Shown here piece after piece: positions 1-7,805 of a DNA stretch of 52,964 nt (position 1 is its first letter; every line of letters starts with the position of its first letter). The stretch comes from a virus. Taxonomy: Duplodnaviria; Caudoviricetes. The notes below the pieces were generated by a model. That model saw nothing but the letters and a program-made list of their open reading frames with translations, did not search any database and had not been told where the DNA came from. Made by a program: the position numbers and the translations under genes. Location of the stretch: the IMG/VR virus record IMGVR_UViG_3300037351_000019, positions 1 through 52,964 of that record; one strand, written 5' to 3'.

Positions 1-147
1 AGGTCTGTCGAGACGCGATTGTGTCCGCGCAAGTGTACTGCGACAATCCGACGAAGGAAACCGCCACCAACGCCGCCGCCACCAACGCCGCCACCAACGC
101 CGCCGCCTACGCCACCGCCGCCACCAACGCCGCCGCCAACGCCGCCA
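1..147. repeat. Terminal direct repeat (left copy) of 52713-52964
   Basis: Direct comparison; the right copy carries an extra 105 nt (52793-52897) within the GCC/AAC/TAC/ACC repeat. Confidence 0.9.
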
Positions 148-341
148 ACGCCGCCGCCAACGCCACCGCCTACGCCGCCGCCTACGCCGCCGCCGCCAAA
201 GACGACGCACTTCTGAGCCTTCTGAAGGAAGCACAAGATGAATGCGAGCGTCTGACAAATCACATCGCGCCAGCGTGTGATTTGGCGAGGATGGAACGAC
301 TCGGAGAACTCGTCGGAGTGGTGAATGCCCCGAATCTCTAA
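1..341 (+). CDS. C-terminal part of Ala-rich repeat protein that starts at 52367 and crosses the junction
   Basis: Frame of ORF 21..341 continues the 52367 ORF (VSAQVYCDNPTKETATNAAA...). Confidence 0.8.
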   Translation, partial: VCRDAIVSAQVYCDNPTKETATNAAATNAATNAAAYATAATNAAANAANAAANATAYAAAYAAAAKDDALLSLLKEAQDECERLTNHIAPACDLARMERLGELVGVVNAPNL

Positions 342-525
342 GGAACGCGACTACCAAGAACTCCGCGAAATAGCAAGTCTGACCGACAAGAAGAACGGCA
401 TCTACGCTCGGAGACGAAGGATCTGGAAACGTCGATTAGAAGCCGGCGACTCTCAGGCTGAACTCGCTCGGGCCTCGGGGGTGCTACGGGCGGACATCAT
501 CCGTGGCGTGAAGCACGGGGATTGA
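325..525 (+). CDS. Small HTH-like DNA-binding protein
   Basis: SQAELARASGVLRADI resembles an HTH motif. Confidence 0.55.
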   Translation: MPRISKERDYQELREIASLTDKKNGIYARRRRIWKRRLEAGDSQAELARASGVLRADIIRGVKHGD

Positions 526-546
526 CTTGCGATTGCGCTGAAACCG

Positions 547-579
547 TGTATGATTAGTCATACAAGAACCTGGAGGGAG
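547..579 (+). promoter_or_regulatory. Promoter/operator TGTATGA-N4-TCATACA plus RBS
   Basis: Perfect 7-4-7 inverted repeat overlapping TATGAT (-10), followed by TGGAGGGAG; recurs at 15206, 42901 and 49406. Confidence 0.75.
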
Positions 580-583
580 TGAA

Positions 584-754
584 GTGAGAAACAATCGCCA
601 AAGAGAAGTTTGGTTCACTCTCGAACGAGAGTCCAACGACAAGTCCACCCGCACCCCCGTCGCGACTTACAATCTCTGGACCGAAGCCTGGAAGGACGGC
701 CAGGAACTCGAAGGCGGGGGCTCTCACCCACGGATCACCCGACACAGCGTATGA
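584..754 (+). CDS. Hypothetical 56-aa protein (not in ORF track)
   Basis: GTG start after a strong RBS; ATGA overlap with the next gene. Confidence 0.55.
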   Translation: MRNNRQREVWFTLERESNDKSTRTPVATYNLWTEAWKDGQELEGGGSHPRITRHSV

Positions 755-921
755 ACCGCAAAGTCACCTTCAGCGCCGAGGAACGCAAGCGACTCGCGGA
801 GGTCTGCAAAATCCTCGGCATCAAGTTCGAAGAGTTCGCCCACGACTCAGTGATGCACTCAGTGGACGAGGTACTCGGGATCAATGATGAGCTATACCGA
901 CAAAGGAGCGATCATGATTGA
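751..921 (+). CDS. Ribbon-helix-helix-like protein
   Basis: MNRKVTFSAEERKRLAEVCKILGIKFEEF pattern; ATGA-coupled start. Confidence 0.5.
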   Translation: MNRKVTFSAEERKRLAEVCKILGIKFEEFAHDSVMHSVDEVLGINDELYRQRSDHD

Positions 922-1705
922 CGAAACATCTGCACCCTCTCTAGCCGAGCAAAAGGAGCCGGGCCACGTTTTGAAAGTTGAGTTGGGTGAGTTCACGCGC
1001 TATCACCTGACCTGCAATCTCAATTCAACGCACCCCTGCCGTCAAGTGTGCCGAACTCATCCAGAGGGAGGGTGTGGCGACCCTGACGTTGAAGGAACGT
1101 GCTACACCATCGCCTACGAGCACGGCTGCGTTATCGCTGAATGGGTAAATGACGGCGGAATCGAGTCGGTGGGTTTCGACCACACGCTGGAACTGCCTAT
1201 CGAATATCACTGGGAAGCGGCGCATGATTCTCCAATTCTTGAAGTTGCAGCTTCTCTAGCCGAGGGGGGCGAACAAAAGGGGATTCAAGAATTGTGGGCT
1301 TGGCTTGGCAAAGAAGTTCACAATCCGAATCTCGACCTCGCATTTCCGTACAACCGAGGATGGCAGGAAGCGTGTGAATCGGTTCTGACATTTCTTGAAT
1401 CTCTCGCCGCCCCTTCACGAGCCGAGCCGGAAACAGAAACGCCGAAAGAGATTTGCGTGGCGTGTGGTCTGCCGGTCGCGGTTGGTGATTTGCACAACGA
1501 GTGTTCCGACCCTGACGAGAAGAACTTTGAAGTTGGCGATCAAGTGACGTTCGTGCATCTGCCCGACGCGCTAAAGACCATCCATTTCACAGTGAGGGTC
1601 GTCAAAGGTCGCGCCGTTCAACTCGACGCGCTGTTTGACATGGACGAGTGGTACGACTTTGACGAAATTGAAATCGCTTCTGGACGAGCCGAGGGAACGC
1701 AATGA
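914..1705 (+). CDS. Mosaic multi-module hypothetical protein with Cys/His clusters
   Basis: RBS AAGGAG at 903-908; modules separated by repeated Ala-Glu linkers. Confidence 0.65.
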   Translation: MIDETSAPSLAEQKEPGHVLKVELGEFTRYHLTCNLNSTHPCRQVCRTHPEGGCGDPDVEGTCYTIAYEHGCVIAEWVNDGGIESVGFDHTLELPIEYHWEAAHDSPILEVAASLAEGGEQKGIQELWAWLGKEVHNPNLDLAFPYNRGWQEACESVLTFLESLAAPSRAEPETETPKEICVACGLPVAVGDLHNECSDPDEKNFEVGDQVTFVHLPDALKTIHFTVRVVKGRAVQLDALFDMDEWYDFDEIEIASGRAEGTQ

Positions 1706-2085
1706 ACTGCAAAGGCGGATGGCGCGGTGAAGGTGGCGTGGCTCATCGGTTGGGCATTGGGCGAAAGGACATCAGGTGCTACGCCAAGCGACGGCGGTTC
1801 GTGGCATTGGTCAGAGTTCTTTGGCTGACGCAGGTAGGCCGACACTACGGCGAGGCATGCGAAGTGTGTGGTCGCGACTACGTTCTGTGGGTCGCCACGA
1901 CGACACTCTATGAAGCGGTGATGGGAAAACGAAGCGGTCAGATTTGCCCGCGCTGTTTCACCATCCGATCAATGGACGTGCTTGGACGACCGCTGGCGTG
2001 GGAACCATTCGACTCACGAGACAACGAACGATTCGACGCGATATTTTCAACAGGTCTGGGAGCCGAGGGAACGGAGCAAAAGTGA
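1702..2085 (+). CDS. Hypothetical protein with two CxxC motifs
   Basis: CEVC...CPRC; ATGA overlap. Confidence 0.6.
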   Translation: MNCKGGWRGEGGVAHRLGIGRKDIRCYAKRRRFVALVRVLWLTQVGRHYGEACEVCGRDYVLWVATTTLYEAVMGKRSGQICPRCFTIRSMDVLGRPLAWEPFDSRDNERFDAIFSTGLGAEGTEQK

Positions 2086-2270
2086 AAAAAGGCGAGCGCG
2101 TGAAACTGTCCAACCTCACCAGGGACGCCAACAAGCGGCGCGGGACCGTCATAGGGACGCTGGACGGGCGAGTGTGGGTTCGCTGGGATCGTGGGCCCGG
2201 TCACGGTGAGGACGCGATGGCGTTCCGCCGCGATGAACTGATGCCCGCCGAGGAAACGGGAGAGAAATGA
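2082..2270 (+). CDS. Small SH3/KOW-like hypothetical protein
   Basis: GTGA overlap; KGERV...RGTVIG...VWVRWD. Confidence 0.55.
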   Translation: MKKGERVKLSNLTRDANKRRGTVIGTLDGRVWVRWDRGPGHGEDAMAFRRDELMPAEETGEK

Positions 2271-2710
2271 GCGACCAAAAAGACCTGGCTCATGCACGCG
2301 GTCTGATAAACGACATGCGCGACGAAATCAAGACACTCCGCGCCGAAATCTCCCGCCTCTCTGATTCTGGAGCCGAGGGACTGACAGCGGAGAAACTTGA
2401 CGAAATTGGCAAGAGGGAGCAGTTTGATGATGTAGCGAAGTGGTTACGCCAACAGGTGCGACTGCTTGAATCGCTCGGGTCTCTGCCCTCTGAGCAGGTC
2501 TGCTATGACGCCGGTTGCATTTATGAGCATCCTCATCCCAAGCACGACCCTCCCGTTGAACACCCAGCCGCCGCCGCACTAGCGCAAATCGCAACGTTGG
2601 TCCGCGACACACCGCTTTACATATTCGAGGACGACAGCGCGGCAGAGGACTTCCGAAACGAAATCGCCGCTATTTTGGCCCTCACTCAATCCCCTAGGGG
2701 CGAGGAATGA
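2267..2710 (+). CDS. Hypothetical protein
   Basis: RBS GGAGA and ATGA overlap. Confidence 0.6.
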   Translation: MSDQKDLAHARGLINDMRDEIKTLRAEISRLSDSGAEGLTAEKLDEIGKREQFDDVAKWLRQQVRLLESLGSLPSEQVCYDAGCIYEHPHPKHDPPVEHPAAAALAQIATLVRDTPLYIFEDDSAAEDFRNEIAAILALTQSPRGEE

Positions 2711-2755
2711 ATTTGTAACACAAACTGAAAGGAGGAAAACCCCGCCAGCGAAATC

Positions 2756-2784
2756 GCCCCTGAGTTCTTCGCTCGGGGGCTTTT
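2756..2784 (+). terminator. Intrinsic terminator
   Basis: GCCCCTGAGT-TCTTC-GCTCGGGGGC hairpin followed by TTTT. Confidence 0.7.
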
Positions 2785-2801
2785 CGCCGTAGAATCCGAG
2801 T

Positions 2802-3788
2802 ATGAACCCAACGCCCGCAGAACTCAAAGCAGCCAACCTCGTCGCCGAAGCTCCGCCTTTGGTGAACGGCGAACCAATCAGATCATGGGACTCAGTCCAT
2901 CAGAACTTCCCGCCGATCGAGACCGTGTACGTGACGCCGGCGGTGGTTCCGCCGCCGCCTACGCCGCCGCCTACCCCAGTGACGGCAAGTGGCATCCCGA
3001 TCCCTCCGGTGGCTGCAGGCATGACGCGATCACTGGTCGACGACTTCGAGACGACCACGCTCTCGTCAGTCTGGGATCCCGACTACAACGGGGAATCAGG
3101 CGGTGCGATCGAAAAGAACGGCGGGTGGGTCGCCTCGATCGGCTACTTCTGCTCTAGCCACACCGTCTTGAAGGGCGACAGTCTCTTGCGCCTCGAGGCA
3201 TATCCCGACCCAGTGAACATCGTGAAGTGCTACGAGTACACCGCGTCGCAGGCGGCAGCGGTGAACCAGTGGGCTGGCGCTGGCGTGCAGGTCAAGTCCG
3301 CCATCGGTCCCGGCAGCGTCGAGACCGTCTGCATGAAGTTCGACGTGTATCCCGGCATAGCGCCGATGGCGATTGACTTCGGTTCCGGTGAAATCGACTG
3401 GGCCGAGTTCGGCGGCATCACCGCCAAGGGGCCTATCACCAAGTTCGCCGCCGCCATCCATTGGGACAACCAGAGCCAGCAACAGCAAATCGAAATCGTT
3501 GCGCCGACCGGCGTGGACTTCTCCCAGTGGGGAGCGTTCCGGCGCGTCTGGACGGATACGGGAGTGACCATCAGTCACAGCGTGGACGGCGTGAACTTCG
3601 TTGAGTGCGGGTCGTTCACGTTCAGCGCCGCGCAAATCTCTGGCGGGCTCACGACCCCGCAGTATCTGTGCCTGCAAATCCAGACCGGCGACGGAGGATC
3701 CGTTCTCGCGCCCCCGGCTGACCCCTCAGTGACCGCGAGCACCCCAGTCACGATGTACGTGGACTGGGTGACGGTCGACGTCGCGTAG
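2802..3788 (+). CDS. GH16-like glycoside hydrolase / ConA-fold protein with Pro-rich linker; probably leaderless
   Basis: GEIDWAE matches the GH16 ExDxxE motif; DDF..W and MYVDWVTV elements present; TAGAAT lies 6 nt before the ATG. Confidence 0.6.
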   Translation: MNPTPAELKAANLVAEAPPLVNGEPIRSWDSVHQNFPPIETVYVTPAVVPPPPTPPPTPVTASGIPIPPVAAGMTRSLVDDFETTTLSSVWDPDYNGESGGAIEKNGGWVASIGYFCSSHTVLKGDSLLRLEAYPDPVNIVKCYEYTASQAAAVNQWAGAGVQVKSAIGPGSVETVCMKFDVYPGIAPMAIDFGSGEIDWAEFGGITAKGPITKFAAAIHWDNQSQQQQIEIVAPTGVDFSQWGAFRRVWTDTGVTISHSVDGVNFVECGSFTFSAAQISGGLTTPQYLCLQIQTGDGGSVLAPPADPSVTASTPVTMYVDWVTVDVA

Positions 3789-3949
3789 TAGATTCAAGGT
3801 CGAATCACTCCTAATTAAGCCGTTGAGCCCGTGTCACGCTGACGAGCTGTGAGGAGTCCCGTCAGAAATCAGCGGGATCCTCACGTCTCGGCGCGACCCC
3901 CATTTCTGGACCTCTCAGAGGCGAGCGAGCCGCACCAGACGAGAATCAT

Positions 3950-4050
3950 TTTGTCACACAAAGGCTGAAAGTGTGTGACAAAAGTTCTAGTGTGTGACAA
4001 ATGGTGACTCCAAAGAAAAAGGTCGACGGTCGTCGCAAGATTGTCACACA
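3950..4050. promoter_or_regulatory. Cluster of four TTTGTCACACA-type sites at the TerS start
   Basis: 3950-3960 (+), 3972-3982 (-), 3991-4001 (-), 4040-4050 (+, one mismatch). Confidence 0.65.
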
Positions 4051-4558
4051 CGCTGGCGGCAGGCCACCGTCATTGACCGATGAGGTCCAAGAGCAGATTT
4101 TCGTCAACCGCAGGCTAGGAATCTCGTGGGAGCGATCAGCCAGACTCGCCGGCGTCAACATAACGACCGTGAAAAACTGGAAGGCCCGCGGCGAAGCGGC
4201 CTTGGAAAAGACCCCTACTAAGCGAAACGCCTTCGACAACAAGTGCATCGCCTTTCTCGCAGCAAGCGCCGTAGTCGAAGATGAGTGGCTCCGCAGGTGC
4301 GAAACCGTCCTGGCCTTCGCGCTGGAATCAGGCTCAGGAAAAGAGCGATGGAACAACGCTTCTGACGCCGATCGAGCCCTTGCGACGTCTACGGCGAAGT
4401 TCAAGCTCACACATCAAGCGAGCGACGAGTACTCAACCAAGTCAGCGACGGAACTCACCGGCAAGGACGGAGGACCCGTCGACATCGCACTCTCCGGTGA
4501 GGACGTGTTCAAGGTTCTGTTGGAAGCCAAAGCCGTTGAGGAAGCGAGTGAGGAATGA
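4001..4558 (+). CDS. terS: Terminase small subunit
   Basis: GGRPPSLT plus N-terminal HTH, C-terminal ELTGKDGGPV, upstream of TerL. Confidence 0.75.
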   Translation: MVTPKKKVDGRRKIVTHAGGRPPSLTDEVQEQIFVNRRLGISWERSARLAGVNITTVKNWKARGEAALEKTPTKRNAFDNKCIAFLAASAVVEDEWLRRCETVLAFALESGSGKERWNNASDADRALATSTAKFKLTHQASDEYSTKSATELTGKDGGPVDIALSGEDVFKVLLEAKAVEEASEE

Positions 4559-4836
4559 ACGACGACCTCCGCGACCAATTGAACGACGTCTTCGCGCCGT
4601 TCCTCATCGAACTCTCCGGCCAGCGAATCGGTGAGCCAACTCAGATGTGGTGTTCGACCTGCAACCTGCCCTCAGCCGAAGTCTGTGACCTCGCGGTTCT
4701 CGTGAAACGCCCCGGCGTCGAATCCTACGAGTGCGATCCCGTGGTGAACCTCGTCACCCTGTGGGGCTGTCACGGATGCCAGACGGTTTTTGAACTCCCG
4801 GACTCACCGACGCTGAAGGACAATCGTGACACCTGA
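4555..4836 (+). CDS. Zn-ribbon-like hypothetical protein
   Basis: CSTC...CHGC; ATGA overlap. Confidence 0.55.
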   Translation: MNDDLRDQLNDVFAPFLIELSGQRIGEPTQMWCSTCNLPSAEVCDLAVLVKRPGVESYECDPVVNLVTLWGCHGCQTVFELPDSPTLKDNRDT

Positions 4837-5125
4837 CAATCATCCTCGAGATGATCGGCTCACCGGCTTTGAGCCAACTGGAGAAAGGCCGATGCGCGAC
4901 TGGCTTCCGAAGTTTGAAGACGTGAGCATGAGTTGGCCCGTGTCAAGTCAACAGGCCGAAGGATTAGCAAAACTAATAATCCCGAAGTATCGACCGATTC
5001 GTTGGTGGCACGTTCGCCGCCGCCTACGTGATCGCGGCCAAGAGAAGAAACTCTACAACGAACTGGTGACAGCCATGTTGGAGCCGATCGACCCTGACGG
5101 ACCGAACACGAGTTGCTTCCGCTGA
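4826..5125 (+). CDS. Hypothetical protein
   Basis: Fits operon packing; RBS AAGGA. Confidence 0.5.
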   Translation: MTPDNHPRDDRLTGFEPTGERPMRDWLPKFEDVSMSWPVSSQQAEGLAKLIIPKYRPIRWWHVRRRLRDRGQEKKLYNELVTAMLEPIDPDGPNTSCFR

Positions 5126-5367
5126 TGGCTAACACCGTCTCCGCTCGAATCTCCGACGACCTGCACGAGCGACTTCTCAAGCAGGTCTCAAAACTCCACT
5201 GCACGAAGACCGAGTTCGTCCTTGTTGCTATAGAGACAGCAATCGAGCGCGAAGAGAACGCCTCCAAGCACACACCCATCGCAGTCTTGAAGGCCATGCC
5301 AGTTCGAACTCCGTCAGGGATGGTCATGCCCGAGGGCGTGGTATTCGATCGGTGGCCGAATGCCTGA
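5125..5367 (+). CDS. CopG/RHH-like DNA-binding protein
   Basis: TVSARISDDLHERL...TKTEFVLVAIE. Confidence 0.6.
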   Translation: MANTVSARISDDLHERLLKQVSKLHCTKTEFVLVAIETAIEREENASKHTPIAVLKAMPVRTPSGMVMPEGVVFDRWPNA

Positions 5368-5503
5368 TCTCGTCGAAACCATCTGTCCTCACGGCGATGA
5401 ATCATGCCCGTGCCCTGATGGGCTGCTCTGTCATTACTCGCCACCCGAAGCGATGAGGTGTCCGATGACTGACCTCGTCAACTGCACGGAGTGCTTGACA
5501 TGA
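5360..5503 (+). CDS. Cys-rich 47-aa protein (not in ORF track)
   Basis: MPDLVETICPHGDESSCPCPDGLLCH...CTEC; overlaps both neighbours. Confidence 0.45.
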   Translation: MPDLVETICPHGDESCPCPDGLLCHYSPPEAMRCPMTDLVNCTECLT

Positions 5504-5652
5504 CTGAGCGCCAGAACCGCACCGAACTCCTGCACGTCAGAGTGAAACCCGAACTCAGGAACATGATCGAGAACGAAGCCCAGACTCTGAACATCAAACC
5601 CTCGGCGGTCGTGAGGCAAGTCCTGGTCGCGCACTACACGAAGAAGCCATGA
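5500..5652 (+). CDS. RHH-like DNA-binding protein, 50 aa (not in ORF track)
   Basis: LLHVRVKPELRNMIENEA...KPSAVVRQVL; ATGA overlaps at both ends. Confidence 0.6.
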   Translation: MTERQNRTELLHVRVKPELRNMIENEAQTLNIKPSAVVRQVLVAHYTKKP

Positions 5653-6170
5653 AACTCGAGAACGTCAGACTAGATTCACTCACCCCAGACCCGAAGAACG
5701 CCCGTAGCCACGAGCAGGGCATCCCTGAGTTAGTCGAGAGCTTGACGGCCTTTGGTCAGCAGAAGAACCTCGTCGTCTGGCACGACACCGTCATTGCTGG
5801 TAACGGCTTACTCGAAGCGGCGAGGCAGTTGGGCTGGACGAAGATCGCCATCTCACGCACCCCTGACGAGTGGAGTTACGAGCAGGCCCAGGCTTTTGCG
5901 TTAGCTGACAACAAGACCGCCGAACTCTCCGAGTGGGACACGTCGACGCTGACCGAGATCCGTTTCGACCTCGACTCCAAGGGATGGGACACGGACCAGT
6001 ACGGTTTTGAACCCTTGCAATTGATGGAACACATCGAATTTGATGCCTCACCGCAACTTGGTGATGTTGGCTATGCGATAATCGTGACCTGCGCCGGGGA
6101 GCAAGAACAGGCGGTCTTATTAGAGACATTTGCCGCTGAGGGCCTTAACGCTCGTCCATTGATGCTGTAG
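5649..6170 (+). CDS. ParB/Srx-like N-terminal domain protein
   Basis: LTPDPKNARSH, SLTAFGQ, VIAGNG, ALADNKTAELSEWD. Confidence 0.85.
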   Translation: MKLENVRLDSLTPDPKNARSHEQGIPELVESLTAFGQQKNLVVWHDTVIAGNGLLEAARQLGWTKIAISRTPDEWSYEQAQAFALADNKTAELSEWDTSTLTEIRFDLDSKGWDTDQYGFEPLQLMEHIEFDASPQLGDVGYAIIVTCAGEQEQAVLLETFAAEGLNARPLML

Positions 6171-6177
6171 GAGGAAT

Positions 6178-7320
6178 ATGCCAATCATTGATATCACAGT
6201 GGACAGCCAGATTTCTACATCAATTCGAGCCAAGCAGCTCAGTTCGATGTTCGATATACCGCCCGAGGAACGTCACAAACTCGAATGGAAGATCGATGCG
6301 CCCTGGGAGGATAAGCCTTGGAGCATCGGGCTGATAGTAGGGCCGTCGGGGTCAGGTAAGACGACCATAATGCGTCATGTATTTGGTGAACCAAAGACAC
6401 TTAACTGGGGTGAGCCGAGTGTGATAGATGATTTTGGAATCCAGCACAGCATTGATGAAATCTCGGGTGTCTGCTCGGCGGTCGGATTCAATACCGTGCC
6501 GGCATGGCTTCGCCCCTTTTATGTATTGAGTAATGGTGAACAGTTCCGTGTGATTCTAGCCAGATTGATGCTCGACGCCGCGCCCGATGAGATGATCGTG
6601 GTCGATGAATTCACGAGTGTCGTTGACCGACAGGTTGCGAAGATAGGCGCGAACGCCGTGCAAAAATGGGTGCGCAAGAACCATCAGCAATTCGTGGCCG
6701 TCAGTTGCCATTATGACATCAAGGACTGGCTGCAACCCGACTGGGTGATCGACGTCGCCAAACGCACGTTCTCTTGGAGGTCGGTTCAACCCCGCCCCAG
6801 GATCGAAGCGGAAATCCGACCAGCCGATTACGCCCTCTGGTCCCTTTTCGCTCCGTATCACTATATGAGCGCCAAACTCCATCGGTCGGCTCGGTGTTAC
6901 GCCATCTTCGTTAACGATGAACCGGTGGCATTCACGGGCATCATGCGTCGACCTCACCCCAAGGCCAAGGACATCATGGGCATTTCACGGATAGTGACGC
7001 TTCCTGATTGGCAGGGGCTGGGACTTGCCTTCATTCTCAGTGAGAATTTAGGTGCGTGTTACAAAGTCATTGGCGAACGGCTGAGGAATTATCCAGCTCA
7101 TCCGGCGTACATCCGAGCGATGGATCGAAGCCCGAATTGGAGCCTCAAACAAAAGCCTGGCTATGTAGGGTCCAAGGGCTTTGTGGGAACGTCACGGATG
7201 CATGAACACTGGCATCAATCTTCAAGGCCCAATGCCGTGTTTGAGTATTGCGGACCGGCCTGGTCCGAGCGACGCGAGGCTGAAGCATTGATTGAACGAA
7301 GGGCTTTGCTTGACCATTAG
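6178..7320 (+). CDS. ABC-type ATPase fused to GNAT acetyltransferase
   Basis: Walker A GPSGSGKT, signature LSNGEQFR, Walker B VVDEF, H-loop SCH, GNAT motif A RIVTLPDWQGLGLA. Confidence 0.85.
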   Translation: MPIIDITVDSQISTSIRAKQLSSMFDIPPEERHKLEWKIDAPWEDKPWSIGLIVGPSGSGKTTIMRHVFGEPKTLNWGEPSVIDDFGIQHSIDEISGVCSAVGFNTVPAWLRPFYVLSNGEQFRVILARLMLDAAPDEMIVVDEFTSVVDRQVAKIGANAVQKWVRKNHQQFVAVSCHYDIKDWLQPDWVIDVAKRTFSWRSVQPRPRIEAEIRPADYALWSLFAPYHYMSAKLHRSARCYAIFVNDEPVAFTGIMRRPHPKAKDIMGISRIVTLPDWQGLGLAFILSENLGACYKVIGERLRNYPAHPAYIRAMDRSPNWSLKQKPGYVGSKGFVGTSRMHEHWHQSSRPNAVFEYCGPAWSERREAEALIERRALLDH

Positions 7321-7401
7321 GAGGCAAGCCCTGGTCTCCTTGCAGGGCTTAGGGATAGAAGGCAACAGGAGATATACTCTCTGGTCAGGTATAATGAAGA
7401 T

Positions 7402-7767
7402 ATGGAACGCAAAGCTCTTCTTTCGATTCATCCAGAATTTGCAGACGCCATTCTCGATGGGATCAAAGGGATCGAATTTCGACGCAGGGCATTGGCACCC
7501 GACATCTCGAAAGTCTTGATCTATTCGACCTCTCCCATTAAAGCGATCATTGGTGAATTCGAAATAATGGAACAAGTGATCTATTGCCCCCAGTACATGT
7601 GGGCTAAGTACGGCGAGATCGGTGGGATTGATCGGAAGCGGTTCTTCGCCTATTTCGAGGGTACCAAGACCGCAGTTGGCTTCATCATTCAGAATGCTCG
7701 GCGATTCGACCGCCCGGAATCTCTTCCTCTCGGAGTGAAGGCTCCGATGAGTTTCCTCTATCTTTAG
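7402..7767 (+). CDS. ASCH domain protein; probably leaderless
   Basis: LLSIHPEFADAILDGIKGIEFRR (GxKxxExR); TATAAT at 7390-7395 lies 6 nt before the ATG. Confidence 0.85.
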   Translation: MERKALLSIHPEFADAILDGIKGIEFRRRALAPDISKVLIYSTSPIKAIIGEFEIMEQVIYCPQYMWAKYGEIGGIDRKRFFAYFEGTKTAVGFIIQNARRFDRPESLPLGVKAPMSFLYL

Positions 7768-7805
7768 AGAATGGCATTATTCGGTCAGACCGAACATTTG
7801 AAATT

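Noticed and set aside
19-216. Poly-Pro ORF, or a DGR template/variable repeat pair with 52713-52964
   Set aside because: It is a shadow frame of the Ala repeat. The copies differ by an indel rather than adenine-specific changes, and no reverse transcriptase is present.
5649-7320. ParAB partition system or ABC transporter
   Set aside because: The ATPase is ABC-type fused to GNAT rather than ParA, there is no permease, and ParB lacks an HTH.
7326-7350. Fourth copy of the 24-bp AAACCC site
   Set aside because: AAGCCC/GGGCTT arms are present, but the spacer is 13 nt with an unrelated core; more likely a simple hairpin.
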